NCBI GenBank assembly: GCA_028534125.1
Contig: JAPYYK010000263.1
Location: 682,001 to 746,000 of the forward strand
Reading direction: 5' to 3'
DNA: 64,000 nt
DNA from: Lama glama
Lineage: Eukaryota
The notes below the pieces were generated by a model, which searched no databases, was not told where the DNA came from, and saw nothing but the letters and a program-made list of their open reading frames with translations. The translations under genes were made by a program, and so were the position numbers. Positions 37,586 through 51,000 of this stretch are shown piece after piece (positions within the stretch are counted from its first letter, which is position 1; each line of letters begins with the position of its first letter).

Positions 37586-38789
37586 TCCCATTATTATAAC
37601 TAATTTGATTCACTGTTACATGAAACCTGCTATTTCCCGGGCCACTCATGTCCCCCTCAAACCAAGTACTTACAGGAGAAGCTGGATACAACATATTCTA
37701 TAATGTCAGATTAAGCCTGTCCTCCAGCACCAAAATTATTAAAAGTTTCTACTGTATCCTTTTTTCTTTTAAACACAGAAAAAAGAAGAAAATTCTACAA
37801 ACTTCTCTCCATGATAGAGTTTTGTGTTTCATAACTGCTGCCTGGGGAAAACTTTTTCACCTATCAAATCTAAAATCTTTTTTCGTGGCTCAGCTGGAGC
37901 CTGTTCTTACTCAATATGGACAAACGGTCAGTCACTGCTCTCTGTACTGAGATACTGAGAGCCCTGTTCTCGCAGAAGCCTGCCAAAGTCACCTCCGAGG
38001 AGCCCCAGGTTACATAACCCCTGTTTCTCTAACCTCGCCTCTCAGGTCTTATTTTTCAAATGTCCAGTCATCCCTGTGGCTCCTCTGTTTACCCTCGCCA
38101 AGTTCTTCACACTGACACAGGACTGCTGAAGTTATACGCCAGAAGCGCTCTGCTATTTCCCCAATGAAATCTTTTCAGAAGCTTCAAATCTGTTCTCCTC
38201 CATGTCTGAGCCATGGACCAGGAAACTGGAAACAGCCCTGCCATACCAGGCTACGCCTCCCATCTTGCTTTCACCTGTCCTCCTTGGACCAGACCACCTA
38301 AAGAGAGGATTAAGTGTAATCTTACCGCGTCTGGGTTACAAAGGCATGCATGCGTGGCAACCTCTGGCAGCTTGGATTAGCCCCCCTTCTCATATTCCAT
38401 CTTAGAACCACAGACTGTCAAGGCAGAGGCAACCTTAGGAACACTCTTTTCATTTAGCAGATTTATTTCAGGCTGATATAATAAAGAGCCCACAGAAGGG
38501 CTGTGGAACTAGTCCTGGACCAGAGCCCTGCCCTCCCTCATTCCCGGGAAATGCCACTGCCCTCTGATCGTTTTCTATTGATCTATGCCCACGTCTTTTC
38601 CTGTTCCTTTCCTTAACTTTGTTTTGCTTACTGAGGGTAGAGAATACATGTATTAGGTCTTTGTGTTATTTACAACATGGTATCTTTCGTGTAATCAGAA
38701 CTCAACAGATATCTGCTGACCAGTGTGGGTACGGATTCTTTAGGCTTCTCATTTTTTTATGATACAGTCGAACAAGAGTAACATTGCCA

Positions 38790-38905
38790 ATAATAACTAT
38801 GAATGGACTACAATCTTGAAAAATATGAATGACTACGTTGTATACCTGAAACTTCTATAATATTGTATATGAACTATATACCTCAACAACAACAAAAAAT
38901 TTTTA
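38790..38905 (+). mobile_element. Short L1 3' end with 13-bp TSD
   Basis: gttgtatacctgaaacttctataatattgtatatgaactatatacctcaa plus an A-rich tail. TSD agtaa(c/t)attgcca at 38777-38789 and 38906-38918. Confidence 0.8.
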
Positions 38906-38929
38906 AGTAATATTGCCAGTCTTTGGGTA

Positions 38930-39075
38930 GGCACAGGCTCTGGGGACAAACAGACCCAGGTCTAAATCCAGGCTCTGCCACTAGTTTACTAGCTCACTGA
39001 CCACGGGAAGGCTATTTCATCCTTCTTCATCAGAAAGATGGCCATAACATACCTCCTCTCTACGAAAGTGATGCG
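38930..39075 (+). mobile_element. MIR fragment
   Basis: ggctctggggacaaacagacccaggtctaaatccaggctctgccact. Confidence 0.65.
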
Positions 39076-40309
39076 CAAACCAGGGCCTCTGCACATCTGT
39101 GTTCTTTCCTGAGCACAATTTCCTCTTCTCTTGCTTACTTTGCTCAGTTAACATAAGCTCCTACTTTCTTCTCTCAAGGTTAAGCTTTCACCAAAAACAA
39201 AACAAACAAAAAATCCTAACAGTACTAATACTAGAGATACCATTGTCCCCCTATCCTGAACTACTTAAAAACCCTCCTTAGAAAGAGATGAAACTATGTT
39301 ATTACTTACATCCTTTTGCAATTTTTTTAAAGTGCTGAGATAACACCAAAATAGGGGGGATTCCAGAGGTTATCTGTGCATAAGTAGGAGTTAGGGAAGT
39401 ATTTACATTTAGAGGAAGAACTCAGAAAAGCCTCCAGATAAGGTGTGAATCAATGGAAAACGGCACAGGGAAAACTAAGGGGAAAGGCAGCATGTGGATT
39501 CACACTGCAGCAGCGAGCCAACCTCCTTGACTGCGTCTTCCTCTTCTGACTTACAAACCCAGGGCAGCGGTTTTCATCCTGATACCCAGGGCTGATACCA
39601 CACTGACATCTTGTGGTTACAAGTATCATGACACACAGGTGGTCCCAGAGCAGAAGAGACCTGCGTATTCCTATTACCATTTGCAGCATTTAAAAAACTG
39701 CAAATGTTTTCTCAACCACAAGCTCACTGTTTTCACACCACAGAAACAAAAGTGAGGAAAGGCAGTGGCTGCTGTATTAAGGAACATGTACACTGTCCAG
39801 CAGCTTAACTGTGATACTGGCATTTGGGCTCCAACTGCACTGGTGCTGGTACTCTGATAAATGTCGCCGTTTTCAAGCACTTGCCACTCTTGGGTGGGCA
39901 TTTCTTCTTATCTGGCACCTGAGACTCCAGGTAGGAGACTTACTGAAACGTACTGACTGTTTTTAAAGTGAAATGAAAAGGGCATTCAAATACAACAAAC
40001 CCACCTCTCATGAAGTCTAAGAGAGGAAGGGAAGAAACAGAAAAATAACCTGGTTCCTTGGAACTCCAAAATTAAATTTCTCTTCCCAAGCATCTCAGGA
40101 GCTACCTGATGAAGGATGGAGGCCAGAAATCCTCCAGCCTGCAGAACCCCATGTGGTATTGTCTACTGCATCCAAAGCACTTGGGGGCTCTGGTGCAGCC
40201 CAGAGAGTGCAGAGTCCAAGAGGAAGTGGTCACGAGGCTTCCACGGAGTGCAGCGTTCATCTTTTAGAACGAGCGGTTTGGGGCACAGACAGACAGGTAT
40301 GAAGGCACT

Positions 40310-40550
40310 GACAGCAGGAGGTTAAGGCCAACGGCCCTGGGAGTCCGACAAAACAGGAATGAATTCCTAGGCCTGTCACTTCCTAACTGTACATTTGGGC
40401 ACGTTCCCCGAGCTCTCAAACCCTCACGTTCTGCATCTGAAAAGCAGGGATAATTCCTTTCACGTTGTGGTTGTGAAGAACCAATGAAATCGTGTGTAAA
40501 AGTGATGACTCAGCACATACTAAGGACACACAAATGGTAATGGTCAGCGT
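40310..40550 (+). mobile_element. MIR SINE
   Basis: gttaaggccaacggccctgggagtccgac...ctgcatctgaaaagcagggataat. Confidence 0.7.
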
Positions 40551-40879
40551 TAGCAGCTGGAGGGAGCAGCAGGTGCAGAGATGGGCAGAAAGGGCACTGT
40601 CACCTGTTGAAACCAGGAGTGTGTGAACACGGGGGGCATAGGACGGACAAGGACATGAATAGGGGGAGAGGAGGGAAGGGTGGGAGAACAGGGGCCACTG
40701 AGCACCAGGCTGAGGCATCTGACCAGTTCTTGCTTCCTCTGTGCTCCCCAAGTGTTGCCTGAATCTGTGTCGCTTAGTTTTTCATCTCGTTAGAGCCTCT
40801 CTCTCTAGAGGTTGTCGGGCTTCTTGGAGGCGTGGGTCCCACATCACGATGCACCCAGCAGAGGGCCGCGGGCACAGCA

Positions 40880-41072
40880 GATTGGCATCTGGCTTGGCCG
40901 CTTACTGTGCTGGGTCACTTTTGGCAAACTGATTAACGTCTCTTGGTTGCAGTTTCCTCACTAATAAAATAGGAATAAATCACAATCCCTGCCTCCTCTG
41001 GTGACTGTGAAGATGAAATGAGATAATGTAAGTGACAGGTGACATGAGACAGACTCAATAAACGGTAACTGC
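40880..41072 (+). mobile_element. MIR SINE
   Basis: ttggcaaactgattaacgtctcttggttgcagtttcctcactaataaaataggaataa. Confidence 0.7.
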
Positions 41073-42429
41073 TCTCAGAGCCTGCTAGCAGCTATTTTCT
41101 ATGAAATCCAGTCTTGAAGACCTAAGGATGTGCTTAGGGAGGATTGCACAATATTGTCACGAAAATATTTTTCAGGGATTTGTTGAGAAAATTGGGTTAT
41201 CATCTTAATTTCTCAGCATTATGCAACTTCTCAGTTCTTAAGCATAGTTCCAAATACACCCCAGGGCAGTACTGCCCTTAACTGCTTCTCCAGACAAAAC
41301 CTTTTAAAATTTCTACCAAAAGAAGGCAGTCGGCACCACCTCACCCTGATGATCCAAACAAGTGGGCAAATTATGCCGTAATAAGATGGTTTAACCCCAA
41401 CATCTGCTCCTACCTGCTGACAAGGTGTCGCCACAGGTTCTAACACTAAATAGAGCAGGAAAATCTTTTAAAAAATAGTAACATTTGTGGAGTTTTGTTC
41501 ATAATTAAAAAATGATGTAACTGTAGAAAAAGTGGAAAATCTATAAAATCACAGAAAATAAAAGTTACCTATAATTAACTATCCTGACAGTTTTTGTGCT
41601 TTTGCTGTACTTCCTTTTAGTCTTCTTTGCATGTCTTTAAAAATCTGGAATCAGTCTTATCTTTTCACTTATTGTTACCTAAACAGTTTAATATTTCACT
41701 TTTCATAAAAAATTTAGAATACTCGTTTAGTACATAAAGCTGCCTGCGACACTAAGAGGTCCTGAAAGACATGGGAGATGAAGACCGTGTTCTCCAGAAG
41801 CCTGTGCTTTGGCTAAGGATACATGACAACACACTGGAAAAATAACTACTGGTACAAGGACTGATGGCAGAAAGGGGCGGTGTAAACAAACAGGTAAGGG
41901 GGTTCAAACCTAGACAAGACTGCCATGGCCTAGAATGGCCTTGAGAGGGTTTAATGAAGGAAGACATAAGTCAGACTGTACAGCACTGTAAGTCTACAGT
42001 TAATTTTGACTTGCTAATGACTCTACTCACTTCCTCCCTCCTTCCCAACATACACAACGATGGATACACTGAGGTCTTTCCCACTGTTATGCCTTTACTA
42101 ACATGGACAACATTGAGCTCCTGCAAAAGCTGTTTTCCAAAATACCACAAATGAGCCTAACAGTAATTCAGAGCAATTTTTTAATTGTGTTTTTGTTCAG
42201 GAGGAAAACCTGAGCTTTGTGTGAAAATCAAGACATTATCTTTTAGAAGTAAATCCTGAAATTCCAGATTCCTGGCGTCTAAATAATATCCAGTGCAATG
42301 CAACATTGTGTATACGACATTGGCAGGAACAAAACATGTTAGGCAAACACTATTCCACACGTGATCTTGAAGCCTGGACCCACTCATCAACCACACTTAA
42401 TTCCTGGAGAAAGACTTTCCTGAGTAGCG

Positions 42430-42920
42430 TGTCTTCACCCACCTACTTGCTCATTTATAAAACACTAAGTCTTGTTAACAAGTTCAGCCCTGGGCTAGGC
42501 TCTGGAGACACAAAGGTGAAGGGGCCCAGAAGGACAGTGTTCCTGCCCTCAGGGAGCTGACATAGGAGGGGCTGACAAGCAGAGAGACAATTACACTTTA
42601 ATGTGACAAACACTATGGGTAAAAGCTAGGCTAAGGAACACGGATGCTAGGCACAGAAGCTGGGCTAAGGGGTGAGACCAGAAGGGGTACCAGATTAACT
42701 GAGGCTTGGAGAACCAGGAAAGACTTCTCAGAAGATATGTAAGTTGAAGGAAATAGCAAATAGTCAGGTGAGGCAGTAAAAGAGGTGTCTAGGAAGGGGG
42801 AAGAGCACTTTAGAAAAACCCTGGTGACACACTGAAATCCAGAAAAGAGGCGTTCAGAATGGCCAGGTCGGAGAGTGCAAAAGGGAGGATTTGGGTGAGG
42901 GATGAGGCTGGAGGGGAAGC
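42430..42920 (-). mobile_element. L2 fragment
   Basis: ctaggctctggagacacaaaggtga...cctgccctcagggagctgaca. Confidence 0.65.
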
Positions 42921-42974
42921 TGTATGTAGGTGATGTGCATATGTGAGTGTGTGTGTGTATGCACGCCCCCACAC

Positions 42975-43110
42975 ATACATACACTCATTTAGACCTCAGA
43001 AGAATCCTATCATTATTACCTTCATTTTACAGATAAGGAAACTGAGGCCCATGAGAGCACCAGTGGGTGATAAACAGTAAGTAGCCAAAAGATACTGCAC
43101 AGGGAGGGAC
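42975..43110 (-). mobile_element. MIR fragment
   Basis: cattttacagataaggaaactgaggc. Confidence 0.65.
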
Positions 43111-43732
43111 ATGTCGAATTCTGCATCAGTGGAAAAGCACTGTTGATGCGTGGGGAGTGCTCTGGGGGTCCAGAGTGGACACCAGGGAGGTCTGCTTGGA
43201 AGTGGTGATGAAATCTTTACCAAGCTTCCAAGAGAGATTAAAGGGCCCATTTACTTTCACCTGACCTTCAAGGTCCTGAGTCTGCAATTTGAGGGACTGT
43301 ATGATAAGTAGAACAGAAATCTTTGTCCTCAAGGAATTTATCATCTACAAGGGCTATACCATACCAGGGCACCGGAAGCACCTCGTAGCCCTTGGCAAAG
43401 ATTCCACAGGTTGGACTACATTCTAAAGAACCACGTCCAGTTGAATCACAGGTTGAAAGATGGCCAAGCTTCTGCCAGGAAGAGAAAGCCTAGACCACAG
43501 AGCAAGTGACCACAGCCAAGGCCCCAGTACTTCTCTGGGTGTGACAAGCCCAGGACAGCCCCAGGGCCATCCCCTCACACATTCCTACAGCCCTGCTGTC
43601 CTGACCTGCTCTCCCACCAACAGTGCCCACTCGGCACTGCAACTGTCTGGGGCTATTCTTCGTCACCTCACTGCTGAAAACGTGCCACTTATGAGTGATC
43701 CTTTTTTCTAAAGATGTTTTGTTCCCATTCTT

Positions 43733-44534
43733 TTTTCTTTTTTTTGAATTGAAGTATAGTTGGTTTACAATGTTGTGTCAGTCTCTGGTACACAGCACAA
43801 TGCTTCAGTCATACATATACATACATATATTCCTTTTCATATTCTTTTTCACTATAGGTCACTACAAGTCACTGAATATAGTTCCCTGTGCTATACTGTA
43901 GGATCCTGTTGTTTATCTATTTTATATACAGTAGTTAGTATCTGCAAATCTCAAACTCCCAATTTATCCCTTACCAGCCCCTTCCCACTCTGGTAACCAA
44001 AAGTTTGTTTTCTCTGTCTGTGAATCTGTGTTTCTGCTTTGCAAATAAGTTCATTTGTGTCATTTTTTTTAAGATTCCATATGTCATACGGTATTTTTTT
44101 CTTTCTCTTTCTGACTTCACTTAGTATGACAATCTCTAGGTCCATCCATGTTGCTGCAAATAGCATTATTTTATTCTTTTTTATGGCTGAGTGGTATTTC
44201 ACTGTGTGTATGTATGTGTGTCTACACACACACACCACTTTATCCAATCATCTGTCGATGGACATTTAGGTTGTTTCTATGTCATGGCTATTGTAAATAG
44301 TGCTGCTATGAACATCGGGGTGCATGTATCTTTTCAAATTANNNNNNNNNNNNNNNNNNNNNNNNNNNNNNNNNNNNNNNNNNNNNNNNNNNNNNNNNNN
44401 NNNNNNNNNNNNNNNNNNNNNNNNNNNNNNNNNNNNNNNNNNNNNNNNNNNNNNNNNNNNNNNNNNNNNNNNNNNNNNNNNNNNNNNNNNNNNNATGCTC
44501 TCCAGCATTTATCTTTTGTGGACTTTTTTAATGA
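43733..44534 (-). mobile_element. 5'-truncated L1 (ORF2 C-terminus and 3'UTR) with 14-bp TSD, spanning a gap
   Basis: ORF 43951-44247 contains SAIKKNKIMLFAATWMDLEIVILSEV (L1 ORF2 end). TSD ttgttccca(t/c)tctt at 43719-43732 and 44535-44548. Confidence 0.92.
44342..44494. other. Assembly gap (153 N) inside the L1
   Basis: Run of N flanked by collinear L1 sequence. Confidence 1.
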
Positions 44535-45265
44535 TTGTTCCCACTCTTAACATTAACTCAGTCAACCCCTTATTCCCTTTCCCTCAAAATTCTGAGTAAG
44601 GAAGAGAAATGAAATTAAACTTTCAGTGTCTCTAACAGGCTCCAAACAGCAACCTCCAATCTAAATCCTTACAGCCACCAGCCTGAGAAAAAAGATATGT
44701 TTGTCCTCACAAAGCAGATGACAAAACAGGAAAAGGTACACTGCCCTGCCTCAGTTCACTCACATGGCTCATCAGGGCACAAGCAGGATCCAAACCCCAT
44801 TCTGACTCCAAGCTCAGCCTCTCACTCTACTAGATCCCTTAGTTACACAGAAAGAAAAACGGGTCATTTGAAAATATACCATCTTTCTCAAACTGGAGGA
44901 TACTGTGTTTGCTAGAGAAGTGTGGTCAAGAGCCCAGTCTGAGGTTTTAAGATTCTACTTTGATATCATGTCCTCAACTCCTAAACCTTCATTTCTGGTT
45001 TGGTGGTGTATTTAGTCTTGTCAGTATGGCTCTCACAGCCCCAGATGCTGGACTGATATGAAATGGATAGATTTTTGTCCAGATTTCAGAAACCCTAAAT
45101 TCTAGACCAGCCTTCCACAGTGGCTACAGCTTCGTGAGAGATGGGGTAGGGCTGGGATTACTCTGGCCACATGCACACTGCTGTTATTTGGAGCTTTGGC
45201 ACCAAAATTCACCATGGCTCTGGTAAAGATGGGGCAGGTAAGATGTCAGTGAGTGACTCACAAAT

Positions 45266-45396
45266 AGGAGGATCATGTAATTTACTGTCCAAACCACCGG
45301 GACGCCTCTGAGAGTAGAAGGGGACATTAGTAATTAAACCAGGACAAATGCATACACCAGGCTGGGCCAGGGCAAAGCAGAACGAATGGTCTCCTG
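45266..45396 (+). mobile_element. MER94-like hAT-Blackjack element
   Basis: gatcatgtaatttactgtccaaaccaccgggacgcctctgagagtagaaggggacattagtaatta...ggcaaagcagaacgaatggtc. Confidence 0.7.
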
Positions 45397-47039
45397 GTCA
45401 GAGGAGCTCTTTTACCCTCTGGTTTAAGGCTTAGATTACAGCAAGTCCAGAGGCCTGGCTGGGTCTGGTCCCCAGGCTTACCACCTCATCCTGTTGCCAA
45501 GAGCAACACTGGCTTCTAAAGATGAAGCCCCAAGAAAAGAAAAACTACAAAAAGTATTTTTCTCCAAAGCCCAGAGCTAGCCTAGACCACCTGCCCTAAG
45601 CCGTGCAGGCAGCCTGTGTTCTTACCGCATCTAGGCCTTGGGCCAAGAGAATGTCCTCCCCTAGAGAGGAATATGAAAGTAAGAGAAAGGAAATGTAGTG
45701 CAGACACAGAACTTTCAACGTTTCAGGCACCAGACCAGTGGTCCCGGGCACTTGTAGCCCAATAAGAGCTTGATCTAGAACCTAGATTAGCTCCCTTGCC
45801 CTTCAAGCCCCAGTTTCCTCCTAGAGATCAGAACACCTCTAAGAGAGAGATGTATATTGAATAATGAATCCCCCTAGAACGTGCTGGTCCCAAGAAACCC
45901 TCACTGTAGGGAAATCCTACTGACAGCGCCCATGTCGTTAGTGTCACGATGTAAAGCATCAAGGTAAATGCTATTTCTTTTCAAGTGTACAAATGTATGT
46001 GGCTCTTATAATTTGTGTATTTATAAAAAGAGTCATTATCCTGGAGACCAGCCAGCATTTACAGATCCAGTACTCTGACGCTGACACAGACCTGTACACC
46101 TAGCAGTCACTTACTAAATATTCTCTCAACTGAGTAGAACCAAATTAAGTATCTTTCAGATAAATGGAACCAGGGGTCCTTAATGCTGAGGGGTTAAAAA
46201 GAGGTGTCCACGGAGTGGCTGAAGTTGCCACACCCCCCTCACTTCGGTTTCCTACTGCATCAGGTCAGAACTGCTTTGATTTGCTGCCCCAAGTGGGCTT
46301 CACACCTTCCCCCCTATTCGCCAGTGTGTCTTTTTCCATTACCCATGTTTAGAAACAGATTCTTTAATTTATGGACATTTAGGGCTGGGGAAAGCCTCCA
46401 AGCCCCAGGCTCACCACAGACTCAGGCCCCTAAATGGTAACAGCTGAGGAGGCTCGTCAGGGGGTGATGGCCTGTCTCCTATCCCTGCAGAAACGGCCTG
46501 AATGGATGGGCCTATGGACCCAGCCCCAAGCCAGTCTCAGGGGCTGCCCCAGTGGGGTCTCACTCGGGGTGGGGGGGTAGTTGTTTCCATAGTGAAGAAG
46601 GAAATCATCTTTCTTTGTGTCTGGCGTTAGGAAACAGTGGTTCCTAAATGTCAGCTCGCGGACTGTTTCTGATTTCTAACGAGAGATAAACCAATGAAAA
46701 GGACAGTCTTTTACTTGGAGGTTATACGCTGGGTGTAAAAATATCCCGTCTTTTGCGATATGACGTTGACACTAGATGGTATTTTTTTGGTAAGCCTTTA
46801 ACTGGCAAAACCACCACCATCACCACTGCCACCACCAAACCCATCAGCATATTGATGAAGTTTTTTGGAAAAACTGTACTTGCCCATGAAAAGCAGAAGT
46901 CTAGGAAACACTCCTCAAGACAGGGCTTCTGAAGAACAGAGAAGTAGTCATGGGGTGGAGAGAGTGGGGTGAACATTCTTGTCTCAGACCTGCAATGTGT
47001 TCAGTGCAACACAGACCCAAGTTCATACAAGAAGGTGAA

Positions 47040-47240
47040 GGCAACGCAGATGTCCTCAGACCTACTGCACAGCACGCTCTGAGTTCATAGAATCTCAGCT
47101 CGTTCTTATAACTGCTCTGCAGAACAGAGATGACATTTCCCATTTTACAGCCAAGGACATAAAGGAAGGGTCAGTGGTGCAAATAACCCATCCAAGGTAA
47201 CACAAGTACTTAGTGGAAGGTTCGTGTTCAGCCTCACAGC
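47040..47240 (-). mobile_element. MIR SINE
   Basis: atttcccattttacagccaaggaca...aataacccatccaaggtaacaca. Confidence 0.65.
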
Positions 47241-47941
47241 CTGTTTTTTTTCCCTGTAGTATTAGGGGGACATGGGAAGGCAGGGGCTTCAGGTCTTTAT
47301 TGAACAAGCACAACAAAGCCTCCAAGTTAATCGCTGGAGATGTGGAAGGAGGCTATTTCTATATTGAAACCCAGGTGATTGCAAAGAAGTTACAGTGGAA
47401 TTTTGTTTAGTCTCGGTATTTGCTAATGGCTTTATTTGAATATTTTACCTCTGGAAATGGCCTTCATTAAAATATGACCAAGTTCAAATAAAAAAAGGCC
47501 CAAGTTCAATATGAAACAACAACCTAATCTCAGATGTTATACTGCAACGTTAACATTATTCAGCCAAATCTAAATTACCCAAGCAGTTGCCATTCTCCTT
47601 TTCTTTACCTTTGGGAATTTTACTGCTTGTTGCCATCTCTAAAAAAGGTGAGGGCAGGCTAAAACAACTGTTTCTTTGAACTATCAGAGTATAAGTGGAA
47701 GGGTTTTGAAAAAAATGAGGACCAAAGAGTTCACTTGAATATCATCTGTTTTAACCTTGTTATTGCTACTTTCCAAAATGGCACAAACCAGTGTGGGTGT
47801 ACTCCTTAGGGTCATACAGCATTTAGTTTCAGCATATTAGTATTAGCGTAACTGTCACGAATAACGGTAGGATTTGGCACCTCATTTGGAAAGTCTCCTT
47901 TGTCATAACTCTGTTAAGTGTTGGTGAATAATATTGGGCAA

Positions 47942-48070
47942 TCAATCATTCATTCATTCAACAAATATGTACTGAGTGTCTATTAAATGCCAGCTATTGT
48001 TCAGGGTGACAGGGACACAGATGTGAATTAAAAATAGAAACTCCTGCCATTATGCACTTTTCATCTAGTT
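47942..48070 (-). mobile_element. L2 3' end
   Basis: tcattcattcattcaacaaatatgtactgagtgtctattaaatgccag. Confidence 0.75.
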
Positions 48071-51000
48071 TACTGATGATACACAGTAAAAACTTTACTT
48101 CTTAAAATTATAATGGGAAATTTTAATTAAAAATATTCTCACTTTTGGGCAGTTTTCATAGAACACAGAAACCCATATGAATTGCTCAGATTTCTTTATT
48201 TTTCCCTATTAAGAGAAAAAATTACTTCACAAAAAATTTAAAACAGTATATCTCAAATGAAGCAAAATCATGCAGACATATTTTGTTAATATCCATCTTC
48301 CTAAAGTATCTTCCTTGCATTTTCTTCTCCCTTCTAGGGCTTGGGGGTGATTCAAGGGACTGTGCTGAAATGTTTTTAGAGGATTTTCCCCAGGAGGAAA
48401 ATGGTTCCCAACCCAGGACTCACACTTGCAATGTCCTGCCAAGTCAAAGTCACTTCCTATAAAACCAATAATTTTTTTTTTAATGCTGGGCCATTAAATA
48501 ACATAGCAACATTTTATTCAGAAAACTCTGCCAGAAGTTTATTATTATTATGAAATGTCTTAAGAATGAAGGCAAAAGAGTGAGGATGAGGCAATGCAAT
48601 CAAGAGTGAGTATCTGATGTATCACATTTCTTTTCTGGGGCGGAATTGCTAACAGATGAAAAGCAAGTCCTTTAAAAATCCCCTCTTGAATAAATATCAA
48701 ATACATGCAACGGAACATACTGGAATCATATGGGAAGTTACTACAAAGGCAACTGCTAACTTTCTTTATCCCAAACAGATGCATGGTAGATAAAAATGAC
48801 TACAGAACATTGTAAGATCTAAGTAATGAATGAAAGGCTATAGTGGAAAAAAATCTATGAAATCCCATGGAAATGATTTACTATATAAAATGAGAACCAT
48901 TTAGAACATTTGCATCAGCTGAGATATAAGACTTGTTTTTCAACCTCTGTTCAAATCTTTTCTTATGTTTCACAAGCTAATTATTCAAAAGATTTTAAAA
49001 AAGAAATCAAAGTTATCTTTTGTTATTTTCATTGGCAGTAATCAGAACCAAGTTTGCCAGCAAAGTGAAGATTATACATTCACCTGGGTAGTGACTGTAG
49101 TTCATTGCTTTCAAGCAGAAAGCAAATCACAGGATAAAGTGAAAGGTTCAGACTAAGTAATACAGACATATTCCCGGAAAGTCAGGCATTAGCAGTCAAA
49201 CAGGGCCTTCCCGGCCAAAGCACCAACCTCAGGTTCTATCTAGTTTAAAGCACCCTTACTTTCAAGACTTAAAAATAGCAAGTTAATAATACAGCTCGAC
49301 TACTTAACATCAGGGTATAAAAGCATGTGAGCTGATGAGATTCAGAAAACACGAACGAGGATGCCGTAGGCTGTGCACCTCTAGATTTAGATCTGAGCAA
49401 ACCAGGAGCAAAGAGAGCCCTTCAAGCAGTTGGCACAAAGTGGAGAATATTTTTTAAAGAATTGAAGAGGAGTGTTCAGTTTAAATACACATATGGAGAA
49501 TGCAGCCTCGGCCCTGACTGTAGTGCAGTTGAAATTTTATAGGCCTGTGGAAGGCAGGCATGGAATACAAACAAATCAATGTGGACAGGAGTAAGAGATA
49601 AACAGTTTTAAATGTCTAGTACAACTAAGATGTTTCTGTAGCCAGTTTCACTGCCAGAAGGGGAGACTTGGAAAATTTTCAGTCTGGCTATTCCAATTAC
49701 AGGGCTTTACGAAACTACAGAAGACACAGCAGTGCCTTTCTGAGAAAAGCAATGATGCCTTGTGCAGGTAGATCTCCAAGGTGAGTGTGACTTGTTGTGG
49801 ACAACCCTGCATAAGCAAGAGCTGTTAATCCTTTCAAGTTTTGGCTTTCATTCTTTCTGGAAGGCAGTCGGGAAGATCTTGTATATTTCATATTATCTAT
49901 TTGTCAGCTTGAGACTTGTACCATTAAAAAAGTGCATGAGTTACTACGAAACTTTCTACTATTTATAAAATAAAGTATAGGTTCTCAGTTACCATCTTGA
50001 CTTTAAAATAGTTTTTATTTATCCTTGCATTGGTTTAAAACTTAAACTTTAAATAATGGCTCTCTTTTGGTTTGAGGGGAGAGGATAATAAAAGTTTTGA
50101 TTTCTATTCTGGTCCTGACCAAACGGATTTCATAAACATTTACTAAGAAGATGTCAAGTTTGAACTAAACTGCCCCCATGATAAAGGTATGAACCTCCTT
50201 ATGATATATTCACATGAATATATTAATTACTTTCATTCTTGTGTTATGATTCATACCGAGAAGGGCAGAGTTATCATGAAAAGTAATCAGAGTTCACGGC
50301 ACCTCTTCAGTTACTAAGGTACCTCTTCTTGGCAAAGTTTAGTAACTCTACATGAAGTGTATTTACAGCTAGTGAATCCATAAACATTTCTGAAAATCCC
50401 TCCAATGGGTAAGATGTGGAGTCTCCTAGAGCTAAAGACACCTACCCTAGGTCCCCCTTTCCTTTGTGTCCTTTCTCTATCGATGGCACCTTCATTCATT
50501 AGATCCTGAAGAAGGATCTAATGGCAAGGGGGGCCAGGGAGGATCTCTGTGATGCCCGTTTCTGCCTGTGTCCACAGTTCACAGTAAGCAAACACTGGAG
50601 TGCACAGAAGGATGGATGTTGAGTAGATGCAGGACAGAAGAAATAGAGAGCATTTTGTGGGAAGATCCCCACTCCCAATTCCCCACCCCTCAGCCGCAGA
50701 TTGCTTCTGAAACTGGGAAGCAGAGAGCAGGACACAGGGAGACCTCACCCAGGTTACAAGCACCATCCTGTGGAGCCCACTGTCTGTACGTGAATATTTG
50801 TGTATGTATAATTTTTTCACATTGAAACTGGGCTTCTTTACTCTGGTAAAGATCCTCTAGGGGCTGGCAGGTGTCTAAGCTTTGTCACCAGGGGGACTTG
50901 TGATGAGAAAGGATGAAAATTTTTTCCTTCACGTGGGGGGCCCTGCTCTTTCAAGAACACTCTGAAATGTCTCATATCCAGAAGTGAAGCCTGGAGGCTG

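Noticed and set aside
41940-42030. Possible ERV LTR fragment (actgtaagtctacagttaattttgacttgctaatg)
   Set aside because: The resemblance is too short, with no termini or TSD to support a call.
43951-44247. ORF with real protein similarity
   Set aside because: It is a frameshifted remnant of L1 ORF2, not a host gene. The same applies to 62301-62513.
45470-45660. Minus-strand GTAAG donors with nearby ATGs as an alternative JAZF1 first exon
   Set aside because: The nearest ATGs give phase 2, which is incompatible with the phase-1 exon 2, and there is no promoter evidence.
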